Source of the DNA: Octopus sinensis
Lineage: Eukaryota
Direction: 5' to 3'
Assembly (NCBI RefSeq): GCF_006345805.1
Contig: NW_021832787.1
Span: 1-32,491 of the forward strand
Length of the DNA: 32,491 nucleotides
Positions 1-11,263 of the stretch are shown here, in pieces. The first letter of the stretch is position 1, and every line of letters starts with the position of its first letter. The position numbers and the translations under genes are program-made. Below the pieces are notes generated by a model. The model did not search any database. It saw nothing but the letters and a program-made list of their open reading frames with translations, and was not told the DNA's origin.

Positions 1-248
1 CGCATAAGTTACCAGAGAAAAGTTTTTCCACAAGCCTTTCAACGTATATTTTGTTTTCAGAAGAACGGTATTAGATAGCATCGAAATTTAAACGGCCATA
101 CTAAGGTTTTCGCTCAGCGTACTTCCAATAAATCTTACGCCACAAACTTTGCTTCCCCAAAATACTCATCATGCTATTTGAAATATGCGATGACGAAATT
201 AATATTATGTACGTTCGACGGATATTTGTCCTCGTCTTGTTTGTTGTT

Positions 249-294
249 AACACAACGTTTCGGTTAATATACCCTCCAGGCTTCTTCAGGTGTC
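249..294 (-). ncRNA. Minimal type I hammerhead ribozyme motif, stem II degenerate
   Basis: GACAC-CTGAAGA-A-gcctg..taacc-GAAA-CGTT-GTGTT. Core and stem I are intact and stem III is palindromic (AACGTT), but stem II is mismatched relative to the family consensus ggctg/cagcc. Confidence 0.6.
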
Positions 295-340
295 TGAGGA
301 AATTTCGAAACTGGGTTCTCATTCCTAAGGTATTTTTCGA

Positions 341-378
341 TGTTGTTGTTATTATTATCATTATTATTATTATTATTA

Positions 379-419
<41 letters not shown>

Positions 420-445
420 GTTGTTGTTGTTGTTGTTGTTGTTAT
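341..445. repeat. (ATT)n/(GTT)n microsatellite internal to the HHR-tailed element
   Basis: Direct reading. Confidence 0.95.
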
Positions 446-540
446 TTTTCAGGTCATTGCTTGGAATCGAAATCAGAATCTTGGGGTTATTAGTTCGCGC
501 TCTTAACCACTACGCCATATGCCCGTGGGCATATGACTTC

Positions 541-697
541 CAATTCCGCCGAGGTCGACTTTGCCTTTCATCCTTTGGGGGTTAATATATTAAGTACCAG
601 TAGGGTACTGGTATCAATCTAATCGACTGCACCCACCAAAAAGTAAAAAAAAAAAAGAAAAAGAAATTAGGGCCTTGTGCCTAGAGTAGAAAAGAAT
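541..697 (+). mobile_element. SINE family B (Deu/Nin-like core), 5'-truncated
   Basis: aattccgccgaggtcgactttgcctttcatcctttggggg...aagtaccag...ggccttgtgcctagagtagaaaag, matching the copies at 9254 and 11478. Confidence 0.75.
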
Positions 698-859
698 GTT
701 GTATCTTCATTACATGTTTTCCACGTATAGTTTTATGGCGATAATTTAACGGTTTTAATATAAACTATATGTATACACGTTTCTGTTCAGAATCTGCTAG
801 GGATCACCTACGTGAAACATTAAGTTACAAGTTGTGAAGATTCATTTTTCAACCGGTCT

Positions 860-960
860 TCTATCCATCCATCCACCCATCCATCCATTCATCCATCCAT
901 CAAAGCATCTACCCATCCATTCACCCATCTATTCATTCATTCAATCTTCTGTGCATCAAT
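860..960. repeat. Degenerate (ATCC)n/(ATTC)n microsatellite
   Basis: Direct reading. Confidence 0.8.
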
Positions 961-1028
961 CTCTCCAGCAATCAATACATACATGCATTCATGCATACAC
1001 ACAGACACAATATATGTGTTGTCTTCAA

Positions 1029-1029
<1 letters not shown>

Positions 1030-1080
<51 letters not shown>

Positions 1081-1197
1081 ATATATAATATATATACATT
1101 ACATATACATATATATACATATATATATACATATTCATATATATACATATATTATATACATATATATACATATATATATATATGTATATATATATAC

Positions 1198-1228
<31 letters not shown>

Positions 1229-1337
1229 TTTGATATATATATACACACATATAATATATTTAGGCTTGTATAATCATATTTATATATATATATATACATA
1301 CACATACAACAACACACACACACAACATATATATATA

Positions 1338-1374
<37 letters not shown>

Positions 1375-1440
1375 AAATATATGTGCACACGTATATAAAT
1401 ATGTGTGTGCATGTGTTTATGTATTTAAGAATGTGTATAT
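1030..1440. repeat. (TA)n/(TACA)n compound microsatellite
   Basis: Direct reading. The overlapping poly-IY ORFs are artefacts. Confidence 0.95.
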
Positions 1441-1799
1441 AAGATAAGCATTTCCTGTTACGCTTGTTTCAGCAACATCTGCCTCGGGACTAACTTAGAT
1501 AGGTTTCATCGGAGACACAAAGAACATGAAATTGAAGAATGAACTTTATATGATAACGATATTAATTTCAAGTTGAATATGTTTAAAGTTCCTTGCCCCT
1601 AAAAAAAAAAAAAACGAGAAACCAGTAAAGACAAAGAAGAGAATTGTAATTATGTACTTAATCTTCCTCCCGAGAGACATATCACTTCTTTTTTGAGAAA
1701 AGATAACTTTGTGAGACACTGTGTATATAGTTGAGCTATATCCATGTACGAGCATGGAGGTATGAAAATATGTAATCATAATTGTACGTTCGCATGTAT

Positions 1800-1809
1800 A
1801 TAAATGTAT

Positions 1810-1840
<31 letters not shown>

Positions 1841-1991
1841 CATAATATATATATAATATAAATGTATATATATATGGTCTACATACATGTATATATTATA
1901 TATAATTATAAGTGTAATATATATATATATATATCATATATTAGTATTTATGCTACATAATATATACATAATAATATTAAATACATTTATG

Positions 1992-2037
<46 letters not shown>

Positions 2038-2240
2038 AAATATTATATATATAACATATATAATTATAAGTATACACACATTTACATATATACATATATA
2101 CATATATAATTATAAGTATACACACATTTACATATATACATATATACATATATAATTATAAGTATACACACATGTATTTATGTGTGTATGTGTGTATGCG
2201 TGAGTGTGTGCATGTGTGTGTAATGCTTTCTATATATATG
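1800..2240. repeat. (CA)/(TA)/(TG) compound tract including a ~46-bp unit repeated about 2.4 times (about 2062-2172)
   Basis: aattataagtatacacacatttacatatatacatatatacatatat recurs in tandem. Confidence 0.85.
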
Positions 2241-2891
2241 TGTTGCTTTTTTTGTGTTTTAATTGCTTGCATTCTTCGTAATGTAGAAAGTGCAGGTTTT
2301 TTAGTGAGAAAGAAAAGTCTGTCGGTGGAATTCAGATAAGAACATTGGCGAATTGCTTTATGTGGAGCTTTAGAAAAACGTTTGGATGCTTTTACAGTTC
2401 CGCTTGCAAATTGAATCAAATGATGTGTGAGTTGGTCACTTACTTTGTTTGAAAAAACCAGTCGTTTGAGATAGCTATGAAGATATTAGTTATCATAGAG
2501 AAACGCACCTGTAATTACAGGTGAATATGTGAAGTTATATTCTCTGTAGACAAGGTGTAGTTTTTGAACCTGTTGCCTCCTGTAAATATTCTCATTCTGG
2601 GAGATAGAAAAAATGTTAATATCAGAAGTTCTAATGACCTCTATGACCGTATACTATCATCGATTTTCAACAATTATATGTTACGCTTGTACACTGCCTG
2701 TTATATTCAAAAGTATGTACTATCACTGTAATTGATTAGGGTGTACTGTACCCGAAATATCAAGGTATAATTTATAAGGCTAAGTCTTTTAATTCTTTAT
2801 GCACCAAACTTCTGTCACTGTTAACTTCGAAAATTCTAATACATACTAAACATACAATATATCAAATATACATACATACATACATACAGAC

Positions 2892-2949
<58 letters not shown>

Positions 2950-2972
2950 TATATATATATATATACTATATA

Positions 2973-3148
2973 GGCGCAGGAGTGGCTGTGGTGGTAAGTA
3001 GCTTGCTAACCAACCACATGGTTCCGGGTTTCAGTCCCACTGCGTGGCATATTGGGTAAGTGTTTCTTGCTATAGCCCCGGGCCGACCAATGCCTTGTGA
3101 GTGGATTTGGTAGACGGAAACTGAAAGAAGCCTGTCGTATATAATGTA

Positions 3149-3184
<36 letters not shown>

Positions 3185-3406
3185 GTGGTGTGTGTGTGGT
3201 GTGTGTTGGTGTCTGTGTGGTCCCCCTAGCATTGCTTGACGGACCGATGCTGGTGTGTTTACGTCCCGTCATAGCGGTTCGGCAAAAGAGACCGATAGAA
3301 TAAGTACTGGCTTACAAAGAATAAGTCCCGGGGTCGATTGCTCGACTAAAGGCGGTGTCCAGCATGGCAGCAGTCAAATGACTGAACACAAGTAAAAGAG
3401 TAAAAG
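2973..3406 (+). mobile_element. SINE family A (tRNA-derived; possibly octopus OK family), full length with internal (TA)/(TG) tract
   Basis: Head ggcgcaggagtggctgtggtggtaag...ggtttcagtccc, body ccttgtgagtggatttggtagacggaaactgaaagaagcc, tail gtcaaatgactgaacacaagtaaaagag. Six further copies or fragments occur in the window. The family name is an inference. Confidence 0.9.
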
Positions 3407-3497
3407 TGTATATATATATATATATATATAATTCATTAAGGAAAAAAATTCTAATGCCAAATATGCCGAAAAATTGGACATATTGTCCATTAACCAT

Positions 3498-3786
3498 CTA
3501 ATTTTTTCACAATACGCACGCTATTTCGAGTAGCGTGCGTATTGTGAAAAAATAGAGAAATGTTTTTGTTTCACTTTTAACACGTAGTACTGAAATAGTG
3601 GAGAAAATCTGATATTGTTATGGGCTCGCTCTAGGCAAGAAGTTGAACATTCTTTTGCCCATGAAACTACATGGACCCTAAGTAAGGCATGTGTAAAATT
3701 TGAATGAAATTGGTTGTGTAGTTCTCAAGTTTTAGGGAAACACACAGACAGATAGACACACATTCTCAGTTTTATATATATAAAGA
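3498..3786 (-). mobile_element. Non-autonomous Helitron-like element (DINE-1/Lep1-type architecture)
   Basis: Minus strand starts a^tctttatatatataaaactgag, followed by gtct-type microsatellite and ctaaaacttgagaactacacaaccaatttcattcaaattt. It ends in a 23-bp perfect hairpin (3501-3553). The 5' end resembles the three Helitron copies below, but no clean CTAG end is present. Confidence 0.6.
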
Positions 3787-4192
3787 TATATATATATACA
3801 TACATACACACACATACCCCCCCCCATATATATATATATACACATACATACATGTGTGCGTGAATGTATGTTGCTTCTAACGAAAATGCCATTAATATCT
3901 GTTATGGAAGATAATTGCAATGGTTCAACTGAGGTCCCATGTGTCATTTGGTGTATCACGAACCTTTATGCCATGGGTTGATAAAACGCTGACCGATCAT
4001 AATAAAAACTGGGAGGTATGGTAATAGAGCAACAATTCCCCAGTGTAACGTGTGGGATTTCGACATGGCTGCGAATATTTCTTCTATATCACACTTTCTT
4101 AAATGTCCCACAACTTCGAAATCCAAACGTGTGAATAACCGGTGAGGTGTCCTCACCGCTACAAGTGAATCCACTTCATGCACTATAAGTAA

Positions 4193-4579
4193 TCTTTATA
4201 TATAAAAGTGAGGTTGTGTGCTGTCTGTCTCCTACGATTTAGATTCCTAACTACTCCCACATTTTGCGGTGCAGTTTAACCAAAAGCGGGTATCTTATAG
4301 TCGTGATTCATATCGAGTTCTTCTGGGTATTATCGCGCGCCTACGATGAGTCTACGATTTAAAAAAAAATTACCATCAATTTTTCCCATTTTTAATGTAT
4401 TATTGGCATATATAAGGGAAGTAACTCACTAAAAATTTATTATTAAATCTCAGAACTTAAAAAGCTACAGTAACACCCCCATCCTTTGTGGTTAGCCATA
4501 TTGAGATGGCTATTATACTTTACATCTCTAAAAATGCTTATATAGTTATTTCCTTTACAAACGCGGGCGATACTGCTAG
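4193..4579 (+). mobile_element. Non-autonomous Helitron, copy 1
   Basis: 5' A^TCTTTATATATAAAAG and 3' gatactgCTAG^T, inserted between A and T with no TSD. The subterminal hairpin is partly deleted. Confidence 0.85.
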
Positions 4580-4617
4580 TTAAATATAAGCTACTTCATG
4601 TTTTAAATATATTTTTC

Positions 4618-4775
4618 CGGAGTGGTTGTGTGTTAAGAAGCTTGCTTCCCAACCACATGGTTCCGGGTTCAGTCACACTGCATGACACCTTGCGCAGGTG
4701 TCTTCTACTGTAGATTCGGGTCGACCAAATGCCTTGTGAGTACATTTGGTAGGCGGAAACTGAAAGCAACCCGTC

Positions 4776-4780
<5 letters not shown>
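4618..4780 (+). mobile_element. SINE family A, 5' half only
   Basis: ggagtggttgtgtgttaagaagcttgcttcccaaccacatggttccgggttcagtc...ggaaactgaaagcaacccgtc, then runs into (TA)n. Confidence 0.85.
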
Positions 4781-4816
<36 letters not shown>

Positions 4817-5068
4817 AAAAATAAGATAAATTTTTTATAAGAATTTATCAAGTAGTTAGCGTTAAAAACCTCATAAGAGAAAAACATTCACTAATTTTTT
4901 CACTTAAATATATCAATATATATATATATATATAATATATATATGTACACACATATCTATATGTCCATGTATATATATAATATAATATATTATATATATA
5001 TATATCTATATATAATATATATATGTATAGCATATACTTGCACACACAGATATATATATTAGTATGTA

Positions 5069-5133
<65 letters not shown>

Positions 5134-5230
5134 ATTATATATATATATATATATATAATATCTTATATATATATATATATATATACATGTATATATATAT
5201 AACATACATATATGCATAAATACATACATG
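4780..5230. repeat. (TA)n-rich tract
   Basis: Direct reading. Confidence 0.9.
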
Positions 5231-5703
5231 AGTGAGAATACGTTTAAACACACTTAAGGATACACACGTGACCACATGTTCTCATAGGAAGTATTTCAAA
5301 ACATGCGAGTAACAGTTTCAACGGCGATGTTTTTTTGATATTGATTTCAGGAAAACAAGACAACAACACAAAGCAACCCTGAATTTTGAGACAGATTCTT
5401 TGACGGCCAAAACAATGCCTTATTCTTTTATATTCCACTGGTTTTCTTTTTCTTTTGTTCCATATCCCAGTTTTCAGAAAAAACCAAAGTTATAGGTGTA
5501 AAATTCAATTCCCATTTGCTGGGAATACAAACACGATCCCAATTAAAATTACAAGATTATCAATATAATTCCCTACGGAATACCAAATGTTCACAATATT
5601 TCCAAATGATGTCTTCAGACATCAAAGAGAACCACACATTATTAACTTTGCCAATGGGTATTGGATGTGATTTTTGCTTTATTTTTTCCTCTTTTATTTT
5701 ATT

Positions 5704-5704
<1 letters not shown>

Positions 5705-5757
<53 letters not shown>

Positions 5758-6150
5758 AACGCAGACACACTAACACACACACTCACACACAGATATATAG
5801 ATGAACACATTTGCATATGGCCCAACAGAAACATATATTCTTGCATATATATACATGTGTGTGTGTGTGTATATATATGTATGTGTATGTATATATATAT
5901 ATATGTGTGTATATGTGTGTGTGTATGTATATATGTATATGTATATATATATATATGTATGTATATATATATGTATATATACATGTATATATTTGTATAC
6001 ATATATACATACATACATATATATATATATATATGTACATATATATATACATTTACATGTATAAATTTTACACACACACACACACATATATACGTGTGTG
6101 TGTATGTGTGTATGTATACATACATGTGTGTGTGTGTGTGTGTGTGTGTG
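5705..6150. repeat. (CA)/(TA)/(TG) compound microsatellite
   Basis: Direct reading. This tract is the source of the 141-185 aa pseudo-ORFs. Confidence 0.95.
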
Positions 6151-6617
6151 AATCTTTGCATGGGTTTGTGCGTGGGTGTGAGTGTGTCTGCAAGTTCGTT
6201 TGGGTATATTCTCTGGAGAATTCTGCGATAAATTAGTCCGCTTCTTGAATAAAAAAACAAGTCTCTCCCCTGTTATTTCAAGAAACTGTGTCCTTTTTAC
6301 CCAAATCGCAAGATTATCCCCCTCTTAGTCATTCAATCTCTTCTACTCTTACCGTATCTCTTCTTCCTCTCTATTCCCTACTTCTTTAATTCTAACGGTA
6401 AAAAAGACACCACACCATTTAAGGACCGTAATAATCTGTATATCTTTGACGGCGTCGCTCACTTGTAATGAACCCTAATTGAATATTAATTATTCTTCTG
6501 GACTTCCAATGGCCAGGTCAATACTTACGGTGCTCATGAAATGAAAACATTTTTGAAAGTAAAATATTTTTCGATTTAAAAATTTTTTAATTTGTCAGAA
6601 GTTATATTTTGCATGTG

Positions 6618-6760
6618 CCAAGAAGCTTGCTTCTCAACGACATCGTTCCAGGTTCAGTCCCACTGCGTGGTATCCTGGGCAAGTGTTTTCTACTATAGCC
6701 TCAAGCTGATCAAAGCCTTGTGAGTGGATTTGGTAGAAGGAAACTGAAAGAATCCCATTG

Positions 6761-6791
<31 letters not shown>

Positions 6792-6995
6792 ATGCTTGTG
6801 CGTCTGTGTTAGTCACCCCACCTTCGCTTGTCAACTGATGTTAGTGCGTTTAGATAGTCGTAACTTAGCGGTTCGATAGAATAGGTACTAGGCTTATAAA
6901 GAATATGTCCTCGGGTCCATTAGTTCGATTAATAGCGGTGCCCCAGCATGACCGCAGTCAAGTGGCTGAAACAAATAAAGGAATAAAAGAATAAT
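6618..6995 (+). mobile_element. SINE family A, 5' end slightly truncated
   Basis: aagaagcttgcttctcaacgacatcgttccaggttcagtcccactgcgtgg...gcggtgccccagcatgaccgcagtcaagtggctgaaacaaataaagg. Confidence 0.85.
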
Positions 6996-7228
6996 ACATT
7001 TATTCGTGAAAGATTTTTATTACAATTTTTTCTCCACATCCACAATTATTCATATGAAGTTTCGAAACAATTAAATTTTTCTTAGAAATTAGTGCAGGAT
7101 TTGATAATCACACTCCTATTTCAAGAATGGTTACTTTTATTCTAAGCACACAACATTCGGGAAATATAGAGTCGTCATGTCTTCTATAGATCGTAGGATT
7201 ATAGATATCTACGATATTACGAGGGCTC

Positions 7229-7395
7229 GAGCGGCGTGCTTGCAGGATAACTTGCACGCTGGGCACAACGCTCTGTGGCATTTCGTCCGTCTGTATTCTC
7301 TGAGTTCAAATTCCACTGAGATTGACGTTATCTTCATCCCTTTGGGGTTGGTAAAATAAGTACAGGTGATGGGGATCATGTAATCTACTTAACTA
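7229..7395 (+). mobile_element. SINE family B, degenerate
   Basis: gcatttcgtccgtctgtattctctgagttcaaattccactgag...ttcatccctttggggttggtaaaataagtac. Confidence 0.7.
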
Positions 7396-7845
7396 CTTCC
7401 CTGTTCCAACATTTGTAACTGATATTATGAAGGGTCAACCACACGTTGCAGTTTAAATATCAAACGTTTGCTTATCGAACCAAAAATGATTGGATTCTCC
7501 ACGTCGATACTCACGCAGCTCAGAAATAGTAACAAAGTTCTGTTTTAAACTCTACATTATTTTATCAAGAAAAGGAAGGTATATCAAGCGATATAAGCGT
7601 AGATGCATAGCATGTGGCCAACAAAAATATGGTGTTTACGGTTTTGACGTATCTGATTGCAAAACTATTCAGTTGAGGCTTACGCTAACTAAACGGTAAA
7701 ACCCGTTCATTGTAAAATCCTGTTACTCTTGGAAGCTTTTAATATATTCACTTTAGATACTCCATGGTTATTGCGAAAATTGTCTGATGGCTGGTAGCTT
7801 AAAGACAAACAAGAAATAGACAACTTTTGTTGAAATTATAGATAT

Positions 7846-8031
7846 AGCCACAAGAGTGGCTTTGTGGTAAGTAGCTCGTTTACCAATCACATGGTTCCGG
7901 GTTCAGTCCCACTGCGTAGCACCTTGGACAACTGTCTTCAACTATAGCCTCGGGCCAACCAAAGCCTCGTGAGTGGATGTAGAAGACGGAAACTGAACGA
8001 AGTCCGTCGTATATATGTATATATATAATAT

Positions 8032-8074
<43 letters not shown>

Positions 8075-8315
8075 ATGTATGTATGTTTTTTGTATGTTTG
8101 TGTGTCGGTTTTTCTCCCCCAACATCACTTGACAATCGATGCTGGAGTGTTTACGTCCCCGTAACTCAGCAGTTCGGCAAAAAGAGACCGATAGAATAAG
8201 TACTAGACTAACAAAGAATAAGTCCTGGGGTCTATTTCTTCGACTAGAGGTGGTGCTCCAGCATGGCCAGAGTCAAATGACTGAAACAAGTAAAAGAGTA
8301 AAAGAGTAAAGAGAG
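7846..8315 (+). mobile_element. SINE family A, full length
   Basis: Same head, body and tail as 2973-3406, with tail repeat (aaagagt)n. Confidence 0.9.
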
Positions 8316-8425
8316 TACAACAATATTATACATGAACAGATATAAAAGCGTCAGTTTAACAGACGACAATTAATCGCACTAAAGCGGGATTGCTAAATAT
8401 TTGACGACATAAACGAAAATAATAA

Positions 8426-8822
8426 TCTTTATATATAAAAGTCAAGTTGTATGTCTGTCTCGTTCGATTTAGATTCCTAACTACTCCCACATTTTGCGGC
8501 GCAATTTAACCAAAAGCGGGTATCTTATAGTCGTAATTCATATCGAGCTCTTCTGGGTATTAGCGCGCGTCTACGATGAGTCTACGATTTAAATACAAAT
8601 TTACCATCATTTTTTTCCATTTTAATGCATTTTTTCGCTATTATATAAGGGAATTAACTCTCTAAAAATATCTACAATGAGTCAACGATTTAATAAAAAA
8701 TTTAACATCATTTCTTTTCCATTTTTAATGCAATTTTTTGCTATTTTTCGGCTATAACTCTCTAAAAATGCTTATATATTTATTTCCCTTGCAAGCCGAG
8801 CAACGCCGGGTGATACTGCTAG
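8426..8822 (+). mobile_element. Non-autonomous Helitron, copy 2
   Basis: A^TCTTTATATATAAAAG ... ccgagcaacgccggg hairpin ... gatactgCTAG^T. Confidence 0.9.
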
Positions 8823-9253
8823 TACATTATAATAATAAAACATTACAACTTTCGTCGTCTCAATCTTCCTTATCCAATATCTCTACCGATGACATCACTA
8901 CCACTTTAGCAAGCCATCGCGCTTCTCAGTATGTCACATATGTATGTGTGTATGTCTGCGAGATTATTTGTCTCTCCATTCATCACTTTCACGTTTCCTG
9001 CAGTAAACACTCTTCTCTCTTTTCTTTCTCTTTCTCTCTTTCCCTAACTTTGCCTCTTCCTGGAAGTATTTAACTACTTAACTTAATAGCATCCCCTCTC
9101 CTGCCTCATACCACCGCCGATTCCACTCGACAAAACAATCTTCTCTGTCTCGCATTTATACCCCTCTCTCTTCCTTAACTTTTCACTTAAATTAACCCTT
9201 TCACGGAGTAACATACGTACACCAGCATATTAACCCCATAACTTTCCCGTTAA

Positions 9254-9668
9254 GGCCGCGAGCTGGCAGAATCGTTAGCGCGCCGGGCGAAATGCTTTGT
9301 GGTATTTCGTCCGCCGCTGCGTTCTGAGTTCAAATTCCGCCGAGGTCGACTTTCCCTTTCATCCTGCCGGGGTCGATAAATTAAGTACCCTTTTCGCACT
9401 GGGGTCGATGTAATCGGCTTAATCCGATTGTCTGTCCTTGTTTGTCCCCTCTGTGTTTAGCTCCTTGTGGGTAGTAAAGAAATAGGTATTTTGTCTGCTG
9501 CTACGTTCTGAGTTCAAATTCCGCCGAGGTCGACTTGGCCTTTCATCCTTTCGGGGTCGATAAATTAAGTACCAGTTACGTACGTGGGTCGATGTAATCG
9601 ACTTAATCTGTTTGTCTGTCCTTGTTTGTCCACTCTATGTTTAGCCCCCTGTGGGCAATAAAGAAATA
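9254..9668 (+). mobile_element. SINE family B with a tandem duplication of its 184-bp body
   Basis: Head ggccgcgagctggcagaatcgttagc, then unit 1 at 9301-9484 and unit 2 at 9485-9668 (ggtattt...gagttcaaattccgccgaggtcgac...aaagaaata). Confidence 0.85.
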
Positions 9669-9699
9669 AGAAACGATACTCTGCCAGAAAAAGTGCTTA

Positions 9700-9880
9700 G
9701 TGACAATTCTTTCGATTTTACGTTCTGAGTCTAAAAACCGCCCGCATCAACTTTGTTTTTCATACCTTCGGGGTCGATAAAGTAATTACTAGTTGAGCAG
9801 TGGGGGGGGGCAATGTAATCCCCTCATCCCTCCACTAAAATTGCTATCCTTGTATCGAAATTTGAAACAAATATGCTTCC
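9700..9880 (+). mobile_element. SINE family B, older degenerate copy
   Basis: tacgttctgagtct...tttcataccttcggggtcgataaagtaattactagttgagc...gtaatc. Confidence 0.6.
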
Positions 9881-9974
9881 GTTTCTTTCGTTAATTCTTC
9901 TTACATGTTCCCCCCCCCAAAGTCTTCTAATCCGTTTCCTTTTCTTTCTTTCCAGTTCATCTTCCCGCCTTTGC

Positions 9975-10167
9975 TCTACCTCATCGTCATAAGTGTCATC
10001 ATCACTGTTGTTTTTATCGTCGTTGTCGTCGTCGTCGTCGTCGTGGTTCTCAACGTCATCGTGCATCTCATTATCATCATCATCAGCTGCAGCAGCAGCA
10101 ACAGTAACAACAGTAGCAGTAGCAGCAGCAGCAGCGGCAGTAGCTGTAGCAACAGTGAGAGCATCGC

Positions 10168-10204
<37 letters not shown>

Positions 10205-10216
10205 GTTATCATCATT

Positions 10217-10251
<35 letters not shown>

Positions 10252-10475
10252 CATCATCATATTCACTATCATCATCCTCATCATCAATCATAATCATCCT
10301 CATCATCATCATCATCATTATCATCATCATCATGTTCACCATCATCTTCATCATCGATCATCATCATCATCATCAATCATCATCACCATCATCATCAATC
10401 ATCATCATCATCATCATCATCATCATAATCATCATCATCATCATCACCATCATCGTCGTCGCCGTCGTCAACGTC
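9975..10475. repeat. Compound trinucleotide tract (ATC/GTC/AGC/AGT)
   Basis: Direct reading. It yields homopolymeric ORFs in several frames on both strands. Confidence 0.95.
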
Positions 10476-10627
10476 GTCATCGGCATTCCTTTCTCCAACA
10501 TCTTCTCTGCGAGTTTCACTTACTCTCTCAAAATATCTACAATCTTTGCCAACCCTCAACCTTTTTTCTCACTTTCTATCTCGCCATCACTGTCTATCAC
10601 TTATGCATTCTATACAATATCTTTACT

Positions 10628-10648
10628 CTGTCTGTCTCTCTGCCTCTG

Positions 10649-10686
<38 letters not shown>

Positions 10687-10695
10687 CTCTGACTC
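10628..10695. repeat. (CT)n microsatellite
   Basis: Direct reading. Confidence 0.9.
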
Positions 10696-11263
10696 TCTGG
10701 ATCGCATCTCTTCTACTTAGTCTCATGTCTCATTTCTGTCCCTCTGCAATTCTGACATAACTCTCTCTTTATCCCACTCTCCCACAACCGCTCTCTAATT
10801 GTCACATTCTTTCACGTATCTATTATTTACAATGCCTTCTTCTTCCCCTACTCACTTTATCTATCACTCAGTCTCAGCCTTTTCCTCTCTGTTTCTTTCC
10901 CTCTCTTTTATAATTTCCCCATTTTCACACTTTTAATATTTCATGCCAAGCTCATTCACCCAAAGCTATAATTCTCAAAAGGATTTTCCGATGGTTCTTA
11001 TTCCAACTCAAGTTTTTTTTCTTTTTTATATTCTTCCTATCAAAATATCACACTTATTTCTCTCTCTCTTTGCCGCTCTCTTTCTATCGCGCTTTCCACC
11101 AATGCTTTCCTCGCTCTTTTATCTCACCCTCCAAAAATTACTCTCTTCCCCAAAGCTGTTTCTTCAGCACAGCAAGCATTAACATCATGTGATGGCACCA
11201 CAGTCACAACGGTTATTCACCAATAAAGATGCTCGCAAAAAAATGTTGCCATACTTGTTGTTG

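Larger units (their letters stand above)
200..535 (-). mobile_element. Non-autonomous retroelement: tRNA-like Pol III head + (AAC/AAT)n + hammerhead-bearing tail (copy 1)
   Basis: Minus strand reads gggcatatggcgtagtggttaag (A box TGGCGTAGTGG, 507-517), a B-box variant TTTCGATTCC (463-472), gacctg, (aac)(aat)n, then aacatcgaaaaataccttagg...gacacctgaagaagcctggagggtatattaaccgaaacgttgtgttaacaacaaacaagacgaggacaaatatccgtc. Collinear with the copy at 24339-24803. Confidence 0.8.

Noticed and set aside
2444-2579. Possible minus-strand micro-exons (GTAAGT donor at 2443; RQQVQKLHLVYREYNFTYSPVIT) and the 18-bp palindrome cacctgtaattacaggtg (2506-2523)
   Set aside because: Several mutually exclusive splice readings exist, no partner exon was found and the peptide is too short to assign. 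A palindrome of this size alone is weak evidence.
3880-4190. Unique stretch with overlapping minus-strand ORFs and an 8-bp hairpin (4140-4158)
   Set aside because: No recognisable motif or splice-site pair.
5350-5700. Long open frame on the plus strand
   Set aside because: AT-rich, no recognisable protein, and it runs into a microsatellite.
7490-7699. ORF with RRCIAC, reminiscent of a piggyBac Cys-rich tail
   Set aside because: The remaining Cys/His ligands and any TTAA/TIR context are absent.
9824-10760. Long ORFs (176-271 aa) on both strands
   Set aside because: They are homopolymeric translations of trinucleotide microsatellites, open in several frames at once, with no domain content. 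The same applies to the ORFs at 5674-6260, 16048-16653 and the many poly-IY ORFs.
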